Shown: in pieces, positions 46,766-58,100 of the stretch
How the letters are laid out: every line of letters starts with the position of its first letter
How positions within the stretch are numbered: the stretch's first letter is position 1
Assembly (NCBI RefSeq): GCF_027921745.1
Contig: NC_079238.1
Span: 682,001-746,000, forward strand
DNA from: Schizosaccharomyces osmophilus
Taxonomy: Eukaryota
Direction: 5' to 3'
Length of the DNA: 64,000 nucleotides
The notes under the pieces: model-generated
The model's database searches: none
Seen by the model: the letters and a program-made list of their open reading frames with translations, nothing else
What the model was told of the DNA's origin: nothing
Made by a program: the position numbers and the translations under genes

Positions 46766-49192
46766 TCAAGAGGGACGTGGATTCAAGAGGGTAGGAATTT
46801 CTTCAAACCCGATAGGTTGAAACACAGCGTCCTCTGTAGCACCGAAAGGTTTCATCCAGATAATATCATTCTTTAAATAAACAGTAATCCCTCGAGACTT
46901 TGCAGCTTGAGCAGAAATTCTGAAAAGAGCATTCCCACTAAGGGGATGCGACTTCCGTAAAGGTACCAACAGGAAACCCTGGTCACTACAAAAATCTTCA
47001 ACAATTTCTCGGAAACTAACAGTTTCTGGAGCTTGGCGAATACTTTCATCTCGTAGTTGATTTGCCAGCTTTTGCGCATTCAACTTCTTTTCGTTGCCAT
47101 CCAATTTTTGTTGAATCTGTGCGCCCACGTAAGAAGTTGGTGGAGTAATGGTTTTGTTTTCCAAAGATTCATTCATCATATCTAAACCTTTGGAAAATCC
47201 TTGTTGTACATAAACATTTGTCGCTACGTCTTCTGGAAAAAACGACTTCCACCATCTATACCATTCACTAGCTTCTTCAAAGTTGGGTGAAAAGGTAAGC
47301 CATTCATACAAAATCATCAGCCATTTCGAAAAAAAGTGATCAATCAGTAACTTTCCGTAAACAGTGGCCCGGAAGGCATCTTTCCACGCAAGGACAGTTA
47401 ATATGACGTTCATATCTTGATTTGAAGGATCAATCACTAATTTCTCCTGCAAGAGCTTTTCTAACTTTGGCAGTATCGTCTTTTCCAATACACGGTCTAA
47501 CATATCATCCGTAAATGCAAATCGCCAAGCGCTAAAATCATCCAACGGCCCAAATCCGATATCCCATCCGGACAATACCCTTGACAGACGCGTCAAGACC
47601 ACCGACAAAAGGTCATCAGAAAAACTTCCCAAATACGGTAACCATGGAAATATCCAGTGATGCAAAGAATCGGCTGATCTCTTTCGTGATCGCATTGACG
47701 GCTTCCATATATTAATTTCATCTTGCAATTTCGGGAGAATAGAATCCTTGATTAGTACTTCCTTGACTTTAGATGGAACAACCATGTCCCATGCTTCTAG
47801 TAATTGTAATGCTTTTGAAGTATCTCGGCTATTCCAATCATCCCGTAATGCTTTAGAAACCCTTGTTTCCCAAAGCGCCATCATTAAAGATTCATAGTGA
47901 GTAAAATTTGCCTGGCCTGACTGGTCTTCTTCCATTTCTAGTTCCATATCCAAAAACGTATCAGGACGATCTGTCTTGGGACGGAACGCATTTGATTGAA
48001 GAGAGTTCCTCCAAGATAAAAAATGCTCTAACAAAAAGTAAGGGTGTCTAAAAACATCCCAATTCTGGAATGGCTTAGATACCACAGCCATCAAAATACT
48101 TACAGCGACAGAATCGAGTTCGTAATGCATGTTGGGTTCAGTAAATTCAACAGGAAGTATCTCAATCAAATATGTTACAGGCTGTATGGCTCTTTCTAAT
48201 TCATCTACAGATTCATTCACATCTTCCACAGCCATATTTGCTATACCAGCATGAATTTCGTCAACCTTTTCCAGCAACTTTTCCAACCGATTAATTTCCA
48301 TATTTCTTTGATCATACTCATTTGAAATTCTTTCTTTTTCCATCCTAATGTACGCTTTTCGGGCTTGCAGCTGCTGCCAGCTCGTAACATAATTTTCTGA
48401 TTCCACGCGCGCTAGGCGAGAAAGTTGGTCTATCGAATCATTAACGTCTTTCTCATTGATTTCAGCTCCAGGTTTTAAAATAGTGGAGGTTACCTCAATC
48501 CTCTTCGTTTCATTGATGCCGGCATCCAGAATACTAGCAAGGACAGGTGGAATGGAAAAGTCTCCCAAGGCGTTTGACAACTCGGAAGAAGACTTTAGTT
48601 TTTCTTTAGTTTTCTTTTTCATCTTACTTTCTCTCTCTCGTTTCTGGCGGATTTCTTCATCTTCGCTGTCCGAAATTTCTCCTCGAAGGATTGCTTCACG
48701 TCTTTCTTTTTCTGTTCTTTCACGAATTGCACCCAAACCGACCCTTTCTGGGCGCAATTTGGATTCCACAGGAGCCGCTATACCTTCGGCATTCGCTCCT
48801 AAACCTTGTCCCTTTTTGTATCCCATTTTCTCCAGCATTTTTGCGCCGAATCCTTTAGTATTAAATTTCATTTTTGGAATCTCACCACCGTTTTCTTTTT
48901 CTTTTCTGGGAGTATTATGAGTCCCCTCGAGTAAATCACTAGAGGTTACTGTTTGTTCTGACTTCAGCTGCTCATTCTTTCCAACAAATCGTATATTTTT
49001 TGGAGGAACGCGAAAATTCTTAACTTCTGGATTATAGTATCCGTCTTCTTCCTCATCGCTTCCGAAGATGCCCAGCATGGCGCGTTCCTTTTGTCGAGAG
49101 CGTCCATCTCCTGTCCATTTTTCTCCTGGCCCAGATCGGCGCGTCCCAAAATCTAATTCCTCTTCAAATTCTTCTGATGAAAAGTCGCTCAT
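46766..49192 (-). CDS. ntr1: G-patch spliceosome disassembly factor Ntr1/Spp382 (TFIP11)
   Basis: G-patch FGAKMLEKMGYKKGQGLG..GI..P..R.GLG, followed by a GCFC-like domain (HHWIFPWLP). Confidence 0.9.
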   Translation of the reverse strand: MSDFSSEEFEEELDFGTRRSGPGEKWTGDGRSRQKERAMLGIFGSDEEEDGYYNPEVKNFRVPPKNIRFVGKNEQLKSEQTVTSSDLLEGTHNTPRKEKENGGEIPKMKFNTKGFGAKMLEKMGYKKGQGLGANAEGIAAPVESKLRPERVGLGAIRERTEKERREAILRGEISDSEDEEIRQKRERESKMKKKTKEKLKSSSELSNALGDFSIPPVLASILDAGINETKRIEVTSTILKPGAEINEKDVNDSIDQLSRLARVESENYVTSWQQLQARKAYIRMEKERISNEYDQRNMEINRLEKLLEKVDEIHAGIANMAVEDVNESVDELERAIQPVTYLIEILPVEFTEPNMHYELDSVAVSILMAVVSKPFQNWDVFRHPYFLLEHFLSWRNSLQSNAFRPKTDRPDTFLDMELEMEEDQSGQANFTHYESLMMALWETRVSKALRDDWNSRDTSKALQLLEAWDMVVPSKVKEVLIKDSILPKLQDEINIWKPSMRSRKRSADSLHHWIFPWLPYLGSFSDDLLSVVLTRLSRVLSGWDIGFGPLDDFSAWRFAFTDDMLDRVLEKTILPKLEKLLQEKLVIDPSNQDMNVILTVLAWKDAFRATVYGKLLIDHFFSKWLMILYEWLTFSPNFEEASEWYRWWKSFFPEDVATNVYVQQGFSKGLDMMNESLENKTITPPTSYVGAQIQQKLDGNEKKLNAQKLANQLRDESIRQAPETVSFREIVEDFCSDQGFLLVPLRKSHPLSGNALFRISAQAAKSRGITVYLKNDIIWMKPFGATEDAVFQPIGFEEIPTLLNPRPS

Positions 49193-49573
49193 ACTGAGGA
49201 ACACTAAGCATATCGCTTGTAATTACTTGCAGATTGGAATCATCAAGATGATTTGGTCGAAATTACAGGATCCATTAATACGTTGGATCTCACTAAACCA
49301 GATTGTGTACTAGCTAAATACTTCATTAACAAATAAAAAAAGTTAGCTATTGAAACAGAAAGACTGAGTACTGACTTGAAGCATGGCCTCAATGTATACC
49401 TAATTCTTAAGGCGTTCGCGCTCATTCGTGCAGTAAGCCTACAAAATTGTATATCAAGCATTGTTCACCAAATACTATATTTCATCGTAGCAAATTACAT
49501 TAACAAAATAAACTCACAAAAAATTGATCGTAAAATACAAGCTTTAGACTGCGTCCTAGTATGATACAATTCC

Positions 49574-52500
49574 TCATTTTGATTTCTTAATAGTTAAAGA
49601 GGAATCTTCATTTTCAGCATTCGATCGAGGTCGTTTCAAAGAATCGCCAGAAGATGACTTATCACCGTTTGGTTCCTTTTGAGACTCAATTGTCTTCGAA
49701 GTTACCGTACTAGACTTGCCATCGTTCTTCGGTTGTGTTGCTTCAACTGAAGAGTTCTTATCTTTTTGAGTAGTCTTTTGCAGCTCGGCTCGAACTTTTG
49801 CTAAATTCTTTTCAAGCATGCTAAGTTTTAACTTGCTTCTCATTTCTAACTCAGTCCTGAGGTTGCTGATTTGTCGTTCATGGCTTTGTTTCGTATCCTC
49901 CTGAATCTTTTTAAGTAGTTCTTCTTGACGTTTTTTCCATTCCGTTTTTACTGCATCGGGGAAGTCAGAACTAGAAGTAACTATCTTCTCAAAGGGCTCT
50001 TGGAAGACAATCTCGAAAGTACCAGAAAGCATATTTTCCTTTTCTTTTAAAAGAGTACTCAATTTCTGTTCATCAGATGCCCTTAAGCTTCCTGAATCAC
50101 TTGCGTCCTGTGTTTGCGAATCTAACGATCTACGCAACTTCTCTAATTGTGTTTCAAGTTCTGTACATTGTTTACTCACAGCATCATTCTTTTGTACTTC
50201 TTGAGTAATCCGAGAACGTAATTTCAAGACAGCCTGTTTCAAAGCTTGATTTTTCTTTTCTATTTCTTCTCCACTTGTCGTTCCAGAACCAACGGATTGA
50301 GATATTTTTTCTTTATCAAGTTGATCAATCTTTTCCCTCAATGATAAAACTTCCTTTTTGGTAGCATCTAATTCAGTCGTAGCTTCCGCTAGCCTTTGCT
50401 GGGCTGTTATATATTCAGCCTTCTGAAATTCATCACTAACCTTTTTGATATCCTGATGATCCCTAGCATTATCTTCAAAGGGTTCACTTTCTTCATATTT
50501 CTGAAGTTTTTCTTTAAGCGCGTCAGTTTCTTTGATTTTCGATTCAAGCTCCGAAGTTTTTTGAGAAAGTTGCTGGCGAACTTGATTGTGCTTTTCCAAA
50601 CTCTTAGCAACAAGTTGATCATACTTAGATCTCCATGCGGCGGCAACAGTTTTGCTTCTAGCAGTCAACTGTTCGATCGTATTCGAAGCCGCTCCTTTTT
50701 CGGATTCTATTTTTTCTATTGTCTCTTTAGCTGATTCAAGTTCGGTAGTTAACTTCTCAATATTTTGGCGTAGCTCAACCAACAGTTTTTCATCAGCGTT
50801 TGAAGTCTCCGCCGAAGCATCCGTAATCTTGTTTTCTTTCAATGAGTGGAGAATTTGTTGGTTGTGCTGTTGCAGTCTCTGGTTTTCTTCTTCAACTCGA
50901 CGGATCATTTCTTTCCCTCCCGCTACCTCATTTTCTAGCTCATGAGAGTGATTGTTTTGAACTTCCAGTTCACGCTCAAGAGAGAAGACTTTATCTTGCA
51001 AGTTGTTAATAATGCCATTATGTTCTTCTTCCTTTTTGCGCAACAGTTTATTACTATCATTCAATAACTTCACCATTCGGGAAAGATTGTTATCAATGGG
51101 TGCACCATCGGAACTGGTTTCGGTTGTTGAAGCTTTTTGCGTCGATTGAAATTCCAGAACTATTTGATTTGATTGTTCAACCAGCTTTCTTAACCTCTTA
51201 TTTTCAATTGATATAAGCTGTCTTTGGCATGCTAAAATATTAGCCTCATTAAACATTTGCTTAATGTAAGTTTGAAGATCTGGTAATGAAAGCTTCATGA
51301 CGGAACCAAGTTTTTCAGAAGTGATGTCTAGGGTAGATAAGTCATTATCAGTCGGTGTTTGTAACTGAGCAAGAAGTAAAGCATTTTGCTTTCTTAGTGC
51401 AATCACATCTGGTGTTGCAGAAGCTGAATCTGGCATATCTTTAAGCTCTCGAGCTGCAATGAGATTCTCAGACCCAGTAGGCTCAGAAACATGATTTGTA
51501 CGTTTCAGTACAGAATCATACTCAGCCCTGAGCTTTTGAAGATTTGACATGGCATTTGCATGCCTGAGCAATTCTTTCTCATAAGCATCGCGAGCTTTTC
51601 GGCAACCTTCAGATAATTTCACATTCTCTTGTTGTAGCAAATTTTGTTTTTGAAGTAATTCTTTTTCTAAATTACGAGCACTTGTGATATCGTCTGATAG
51701 TTGCTCATTTTCTTTAATAAGTAGAGAAATTTTGCCATCCTTTTGCTCGTTATCATAATCGTGTTGCTGCTGCACGCTGCGGAGTTTTTCTTCGAGATCA
51801 TTGCCTTTCTTCTCTAAAGCATTGATATAATTACGATTTTCTTCTAGTTGTTTCGAAGTTGACAATCGCAGTGTTTGGTATTCCTGTTGAAGCTTTTCTA
51901 ATGTTTCTTCAGCTAAGCGAATAGCTTCCTCAAGGCGCTTTGTGTGGTCTTTTGACACATTGAGACCAGTTTGCAAAGACGAATTTTCCATTCTTAAACC
52001 AACTACGACTGAACCCAACTCAGTTTCTCGTTCGGAAGCTGTCATCGATTGTTGATGAGATAGTCTTGTTTGGAGTTCCTCTATTTTATTGCTTTCTGAT
52101 TTCAGTTGTGATTGTAGTCCTTTGTTTTCCGATTCTAGAGAGTTCCTTATGTTTACGTACTCTTGTTTGGTAGCTTCAACTTCTTCGAGCTTTATGCGAA
52201 GAGAATTAATATCTGTATCCTTCATATTGGCTAGGTCATTTGCTGACTGCAAAGCTTGTTCAAGCTTTTCATTAGAACCTTGCAATGAGTTTACAGCTTG
52301 CTTCATTTCGCTATTTTTAGCCTCAAAAGATAGCTTATTGAGTGAAAAGATCCTTTGTTGCTCATTAAGAAGTGATTGCAAATTAGAAACAAGATTCGTC
52401 AAACGTTCCCGCTCACTCAGCAAATTACTATTTTCTGAAGTCAACCGCTGTTGAATTTTACCAAAAACCTCCTTTTCACTAGTCAAACTCGCAATTTCGC

Positions 52501-54769
52501 TGTTCATCCTTGAACATAATGACTTAAGTTGGATGTGCTCTTCTGATATTTTACCAGCATTCAAATCTTGGCGATTAAGGACTTCTTGAAGATAACTATT
52601 AAGGGTCCTTAACTCCTTCATTTCTTTCCCGAGAGAGTCAACATTTTGCTTTGATACATTCAGTCGTTGTAGGCTTAACTGTTCACGATATTTCACTTTG
52701 TTCGCTTCTTTTCTCGTTTTTTCAAGCTGACTAATTAGATCGTTAATCCTTTTAGAAAGTGATTCGTTAGCCGCAACCATCTCATTGCGATACGTCTCAA
52801 ATTGTTTTTCAATATCATCAACAGCTGCTTGTGAAGAACCATTCATATCAGGGGGTTTCTGGGAAACTTTTTGAACAGTCTTTTCTTTATACATGTTCAA
52901 CATTTCTTTAAGGACACTACGTTCGTGAATAAAATTCTGCATCTTCGTGTTGGCCAATTTTAGCTCACTTTGTAATTTATTTGTCACGTTCTCATGCTGT
53001 TCATTCAATTCTTCGGTTTTAATTGAAAGTTGGTACTCAGAAGCTTTCTTTTGGATTTCCAAGTTGCATTCAACGGTTCTTATGTTTTCGCGAAGTTGTA
53101 AAACTTGTGCCAAAGCTTCCTGTACAGACGTAAAGTTGGGGATATCAACTGAAACTGCGACTTCATTCCCCGATGGCTGCTTAGAAAAATTATCCAAAGC
53201 TTCTTGTATTTTTTGAGGTAAGCTTCTATTTCCCGTCCCTTGCAAATAATCCAAGTTCAAGAGAAGGCACTGAACCTCCCGCATCAGATCTTGACATTGA
53301 ACTTGAGTAGCCATAAGTCTTAATTGAGTTTCTTCTTGTTGCAGTTTTGAAACTTGATATTTCTGTTTCGTGTTGTTTATGACTTCTTTTGATGTGGATA
53401 ATTTTTCACTTAGGTCAACCATAAAAACATTATTTCTTGCGATTTCTTCCCTTTGTTGTTGAAAAATTGGTATACGTTCTTTAATTTGATAGAAAAACCA
53501 ACAGATTTTATCATTAGCACGATCAAGTTGTTGTTGTAAATTCAAAACAGCTTGCTGTAACCGCATATTGTCAGAATACACTTTCGTAAAAGATATTTCT
53601 GGGTTCTGTGATGCGTTTAATCTCTGAGCGACTGATGAAAAAAGACCAACACCTGCAGGAGATACCTCTTTTCTTTGTTTTGTAACTTGTAATTCGCTAG
53701 CAAGTCTGTCAACTTCGGAGTGTAGTTTGCTGATTGTTTCGTTGGCAACTTTCAATTGACCTTTGCTCATTTTCAACTGTTCTTCAAATGTGCTATTAGC
53801 AGATGTGTCCAACTCTTTAGAAGCACTCTGATTATTGACGGTTTTGTCTAATTGACTTTGAAGTTCTGAGCACTGAGACTCCCATAATGAAGTTAAACGT
53901 TGTTGAGCTTCAAGCTCCTTCTGTAGATCATCAAAAACGTCGATTTTGTCATCAACTTCCATTGCTGTGGTGGATGTATTCGATCCTTTATCCTTTGATT
54001 TAGTTTGACTTTCATGCACAACGCTCGTATATTTTTGTCCCAGCTCAGAGTTACTTGTTTTAAGTGCAGCAACTTGCTCTTGAAGCACATTTTGGCTATG
54101 TTTAGAAGATGCTAGTTCTTCAGACATGCTTTTAGTTTCATCTTGTAACCTTTTTATATCCAAAACAAGCGCATTTTTTTCTTGTAAGTAAATCTCTTCC
54201 TTGAAAGTGCTGCTGCTTTGATTCAATGTTAAGTTTCGCTGATTCTCTTCCATTTCTTGCATTTGCTGCTGCAAGTTTTGGATCAAATCTTCATTTTTTT
54301 GCTTTTCCTCTTGAAAAGATCGAAGGAGATTCTCAGAGTCACTAAGCTTCCTTTCCATATCTATAACTCGTGAATTTAGTTGTTGTTTTTCCAAAACTAA
54401 CGAATTTTTTTCTTCAGAGCAAGAGTTAAGCTGAGACTGAATCTGGCAATTCGCTTCTTTCGAAGCATCCACATCTTTTTGGAGTTCCTCTGCTTTTTCT
54501 TGAAATTGTTTTGCAATTTCATTTCGCGAACCGAGCTGCTCTTGAAGGTGCAACGCTCTTCTATTAGTCACATTCTGTTTATGTTCGGAATTCACCTCTT
54601 GTAAAACCATCTGTTCCTTTAGCGAATTCAAGTCGCGTACCTTAGAACGCAATGCAACAACTAGTATGGAAAAACTTGGTACTTTAGCTAAAGGCTTCAG
54701 GTCTTCAGGAGACACGCCGAAGCGTTCGTGAACGAATTGAACATCATCTTCATGTTCACCTGAAGCCAT
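49574..54769 (-). CDS. alm1: Tpr/Mlp-like coiled-coil nuclear basket protein Alm1
   Basis: 1731-aa heptad-rich ORF with Tpr-like motifs (SFTKVYSD, YEKELLRHA) and a C-terminal NLS-like KRPR; synteny with nup189. Confidence 0.85.
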   Translation of the reverse strand: MASGEHEDDVQFVHERFGVSPEDLKPLAKVPSFSILVVALRSKVRDLNSLKEQMVLQEVNSEHKQNVTNRRALHLQEQLGSRNEIAKQFQEKAEELQKDVDASKEANCQIQSQLNSCSEEKNSLVLEKQQLNSRVIDMERKLSDSENLLRSFQEEKQKNEDLIQNLQQQMQEMEENQRNLTLNQSSSTFKEEIYLQEKNALVLDIKRLQDETKSMSEELASSKHSQNVLQEQVAALKTSNSELGQKYTSVVHESQTKSKDKGSNTSTTAMEVDDKIDVFDDLQKELEAQQRLTSLWESQCSELQSQLDKTVNNQSASKELDTSANSTFEEQLKMSKGQLKVANETISKLHSEVDRLASELQVTKQRKEVSPAGVGLFSSVAQRLNASQNPEISFTKVYSDNMRLQQAVLNLQQQLDRANDKICWFFYQIKERIPIFQQQREEIARNNVFMVDLSEKLSTSKEVINNTKQKYQVSKLQQEETQLRLMATQVQCQDLMREVQCLLLNLDYLQGTGNRSLPQKIQEALDNFSKQPSGNEVAVSVDIPNFTSVQEALAQVLQLRENIRTVECNLEIQKKASEYQLSIKTEELNEQHENVTNKLQSELKLANTKMQNFIHERSVLKEMLNMYKEKTVQKVSQKPPDMNGSSQAAVDDIEKQFETYRNEMVAANESLSKRINDLISQLEKTRKEANKVKYREQLSLQRLNVSKQNVDSLGKEMKELRTLNSYLQEVLNRQDLNAGKISEEHIQLKSLCSRMNSEIASLTSEKEVFGKIQQRLTSENSNLLSERERLTNLVSNLQSLLNEQQRIFSLNKLSFEAKNSEMKQAVNSLQGSNEKLEQALQSANDLANMKDTDINSLRIKLEEVEATKQEYVNIRNSLESENKGLQSQLKSESNKIEELQTRLSHQQSMTASERETELGSVVVGLRMENSSLQTGLNVSKDHTKRLEEAIRLAEETLEKLQQEYQTLRLSTSKQLEENRNYINALEKKGNDLEEKLRSVQQQHDYDNEQKDGKISLLIKENEQLSDDITSARNLEKELLQKQNLLQQENVKLSEGCRKARDAYEKELLRHANAMSNLQKLRAEYDSVLKRTNHVSEPTGSENLIAARELKDMPDSASATPDVIALRKQNALLLAQLQTPTDNDLSTLDITSEKLGSVMKLSLPDLQTYIKQMFNEANILACQRQLISIENKRLRKLVEQSNQIVLEFQSTQKASTTETSSDGAPIDNNLSRMVKLLNDSNKLLRKKEEEHNGIINNLQDKVFSLERELEVQNNHSHELENEVAGGKEMIRRVEEENQRLQQHNQQILHSLKENKITDASAETSNADEKLLVELRQNIEKLTTELESAKETIEKIESEKGAASNTIEQLTARSKTVAAAWRSKYDQLVAKSLEKHNQVRQQLSQKTSELESKIKETDALKEKLQKYEESEPFEDNARDHQDIKKVSDEFQKAEYITAQQRLAEATTELDATKKEVLSLREKIDQLDKEKISQSVGSGTTSGEEIEKKNQALKQAVLKLRSRITQEVQKNDAVSKQCTELETQLEKLRRSLDSQTQDASDSGSLRASDEQKLSTLLKEKENMLSGTFEIVFQEPFEKIVTSSSDFPDAVKTEWKKRQEELLKKIQEDTKQSHERQISNLRTELEMRSKLKLSMLEKNLAKVRAELQKTTQKDKNSSVEATQPKNDGKSSTVTSKTIESQKEPNGDKSSSGDSLKRPRSNAENEDSSLTIKKSK

Positions 54770-55110
54770 ATTGTAATGACAGTTTTTGAAGAATAATGAT
54801 GTAGAGGCTCCTCAGGTATGGAACTTTCTAACTCCTCAGATGAAGCTCCTGTTACCAATATTAGTAAAGAAGGAACCTTCACGTCAACAAGCTCAAACAA
54901 ACCCTATAAGATTTAATTTATTCAAAAAATATATTTAATTAAAAAATCCTTTAAATTAAGATCAAAGGGTAGGATTTGATTTGAATTAATGCTTAGTAGC
55001 ACTTTTTTTGGTGGTAGTACAGAGGAACGTGGGTGGAGTCCTAGTTGTCCTCCACACATATCATTCCAGGTGACCAACACCAACAAAATACAAATCATAT
55101 AGTCCTTATA

Positions 55111-58100
55111 ATGTTTGGGCAAAATAATTCTTCCGGTTTCGGCGGAGGAACTGGGGGTTTTGGGCAAAATAACCAGCAAACTGGAGGTTTGTTTGGGTCC
55201 AATACTAATACTACAGGGAATAGTTTATTTGGTTCCCAAAACAATAATGCAGGTGGCTTTGGACAGAACACCGCACAACCTCTTTTCGGATCAAGTACCG
55301 GAGGTGGCTTATTTGGTAATCGCAACCCTCCACCAGCGACTGCACCTGCTCCTGCCCCTGCACCTGCTCCTGGTTCAGCAGGTACGGGATTTGGAATGAA
55401 TTCGGGAACCGGAAGTGGTTTATTCGGTCAGTCTAGCGCTCCTGCTTTTGGTGGTACAAACACATCAAGTGGTGGTGGCCTTTTTGGTAATGCAGGCGGT
55501 GCTGCTGCTCCTTCTGCGGGAAGTGCGTTTTCATTTGGCTCCAACAATCCAGGAACTACTGGTGGATTTGGTAGTACACCAGCAAACACTGGCTCTACCG
55601 GTGGCTTCTTTGGGTCACAAAACAATTCCTCTGGGAGCACAGGATTTGGTGCTCAGCCTCCTAGTGGTGGTGGTATGTTTGGCTCAGCATCGACTGGTCA
55701 AGCTCCTGCTTTCGGTTCTTCGGGATTTGGAGCAGGAAGCACGAATACGATCAATGGTACGGATAATCCTCCTTACGCGGTAACATCTGAGAAGGACGCA
55801 CAAACTAATGGTACAAGTGCTTTCCAGTCCATAACGTGTATGCCGGCGTATAGGCAGTATTCTTTTGAAGAGTTACGCTTACAAGATTATAATCAAGGTC
55901 GTCGATTTGGAAATCCTGCGAATGTAACTTCCACTCCATCAACCTTCGGGTCTACTCCTGGGTTTGGTACTTCCACTACAGGTTTCGGCCAGACAGCCAC
56001 TCCTACTTCAAATTCAATCACTCCCTTTGGATCTTCTAATACGAATACTAATACTGGTGGAGGTCTTTTTGGTGGCGGTCCTGCATTTGGTGCTAACAAT
56101 CCGAGTACTACTTCAGGATTCGGTGCGAATACTACGAACACCGGAGGTGGCGGATTGTTTGGTCAATCAAATCAAGCATCAACTACTCCTTCGACTGGGT
56201 TATTTGGCGGTGCCGGCAGCGGATCGACTTTTGGCCAACAAAAACCAGCTTTTGGTTTTGGCTCCAATACAAATACCGGTAGTGGTAGTGGCGGGCTATT
56301 TGGCTCTTCGACCTCCAACCCCGCTACCAATACCGCTGGTACAGGCGCAGGTACAGGTACGGGAGGCGGATTATTCGGTAACGCCGGAGGGGGTTTTGGA
56401 GCAAGTACCGCAGGCACGGGATTCGGTAGCTCTGCTCCAAATAACCCACCCGCATCCAATCCACCTGGAGGTGGTTTGTTCGGATTTGGTAACAATGCTA
56501 CTTCCGGAACAAATACTAGCGCTCCTGGTAGCTCAGGCCTTGGCTCCGGCAGCGGCTTTTCCTTTGGTGCTAATAATGCTGCTTCTAAGCCATCAGGCTT
56601 TGGATTCGGTTCAAGCACGGGTACGGGTACTGGTACTGGCACTAGTGCTCCGGCGACATCTGGTTTTTCTTTTGGTCAGCCGTCTAGTACAGCTCCTAAG
56701 CCGGCATTTGGGACCGGTTCTACTGCACCCTCTGCTAAACCTGCTGGTGGCGGTTTATTTGGTGGATTTGGTGCTAACAGTACCCCTTCTACAGCTACCA
56801 ATAATGCAGCTGGTAACACAGGCTCTACGGGAGGTTTATTTGGTAATACAGGCTCTACCGCCGGAGGTCTGTTTGGTAGCACCAATACTAACACCGGTGG
56901 TTCCGGTCTTTTTGGAAATAATACAGCTTTAAATAACCCTCCCAACACAGGAGGCGGTTTATTAGGATCTGGTACGAATACTTCTACTACACCAGGTGCT
57001 GGCCTGTTTAATAAGCCATCAACAGGACCTGGTTTATTTGGTTCTAACAATACTTTGCAACAACCCTCTACTACAGGTTCTTCCGGGTTGTTTGGCTCCT
57101 CAAACATGAATAATCAAGCTCAACCATCTACCTTGGGCTCTGGATTATTTGGGGGTGCTTCTCAGAGTGGACAGCAACAGCAACAACCTCTTCAAGCCAG
57201 CATTGATCAGAATCCATATGGCAGTAATCCATTGTTTTCTAGTACAGTATCTCAGACCGCACCAACTTCGATACAGGAGCCTATTGCTTCGCCTTTGACA
57301 ACCCAACCTGCCCCAAAGAAAGCAGCATCATTGCCTCAATTCTGGCTATCCCCTAGATCGAGTAGTCGTTCCACTGTTGCTTCCATCTCTCCTTTTGCGA
57401 AATCTGCGGTAATGAATTCAGCAACCGCTCCAAGCAAGCCAAAATCTTTACATTTGTTTGATTCACTAAATGATGACGTCCTATTAAGCAAAGACGCTTT
57501 CACTCCTAGGCAGAACATTAAGAAATTGGTCATAACTCCAAAGGTGTCACGAGATGAAATGTTTCGAAATGAAAATATATCTAAGCCTTCTGAAGAAGTA
57601 TCAAAGACAAATGATGCTATGAAGCAGGAGACAACGAAGGTTGAAAGTGATCGAACTTATACTTTACCTGATGGCTACTGGATGAAACCAGGAGTTGAGG
57701 AATTGGTTAAATACCCTAAGGACAAATTAACTACGGTACCCCAATTTTGTGTTGGGCGTTCGGGTTATGGTCAAGTTTCCTTTTTAAAACCTGTCGATTT
57801 GACTAAGTTTGAAAAGTTTGAAGATATCCCTGTCAATGTTGTCCTTTTCGAGAAAAAAATATGCTCTGTTTATCCTGAGGAAGGGTCTAGTCCTCCCGTT
57901 GGAGAAGGTTTAAATGTCCCTGCCATTATTACTCTTGAAAATGCGTGGCCTCTATCTCGAGAAACAAGGGAACCTATCAAAGATGTTGATCATCCTAGAT
58001 ATGCTCAGCATATGAAGCGACTTCAGAAAATTAAGGAAACAGAGTTTATTGATTTTAATGATGGTAAATGGACCTTCAAAGTTCAACACTTTTCTAAATA

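Noticed and set aside
55330..55372. PAPAPAPAP hexanucleotide-like repeat in nup189
   Set aside because: Ordinary low-complexity expansion in a disordered FG region.
55095..57107. Several long alternative-frame and antisense ORFs (e.g. 55964-56932 +, 56172-56642 -)
   Set aside because: Shadows of the GC-rich, stop-poor GLFG repeat coding region of nup189.
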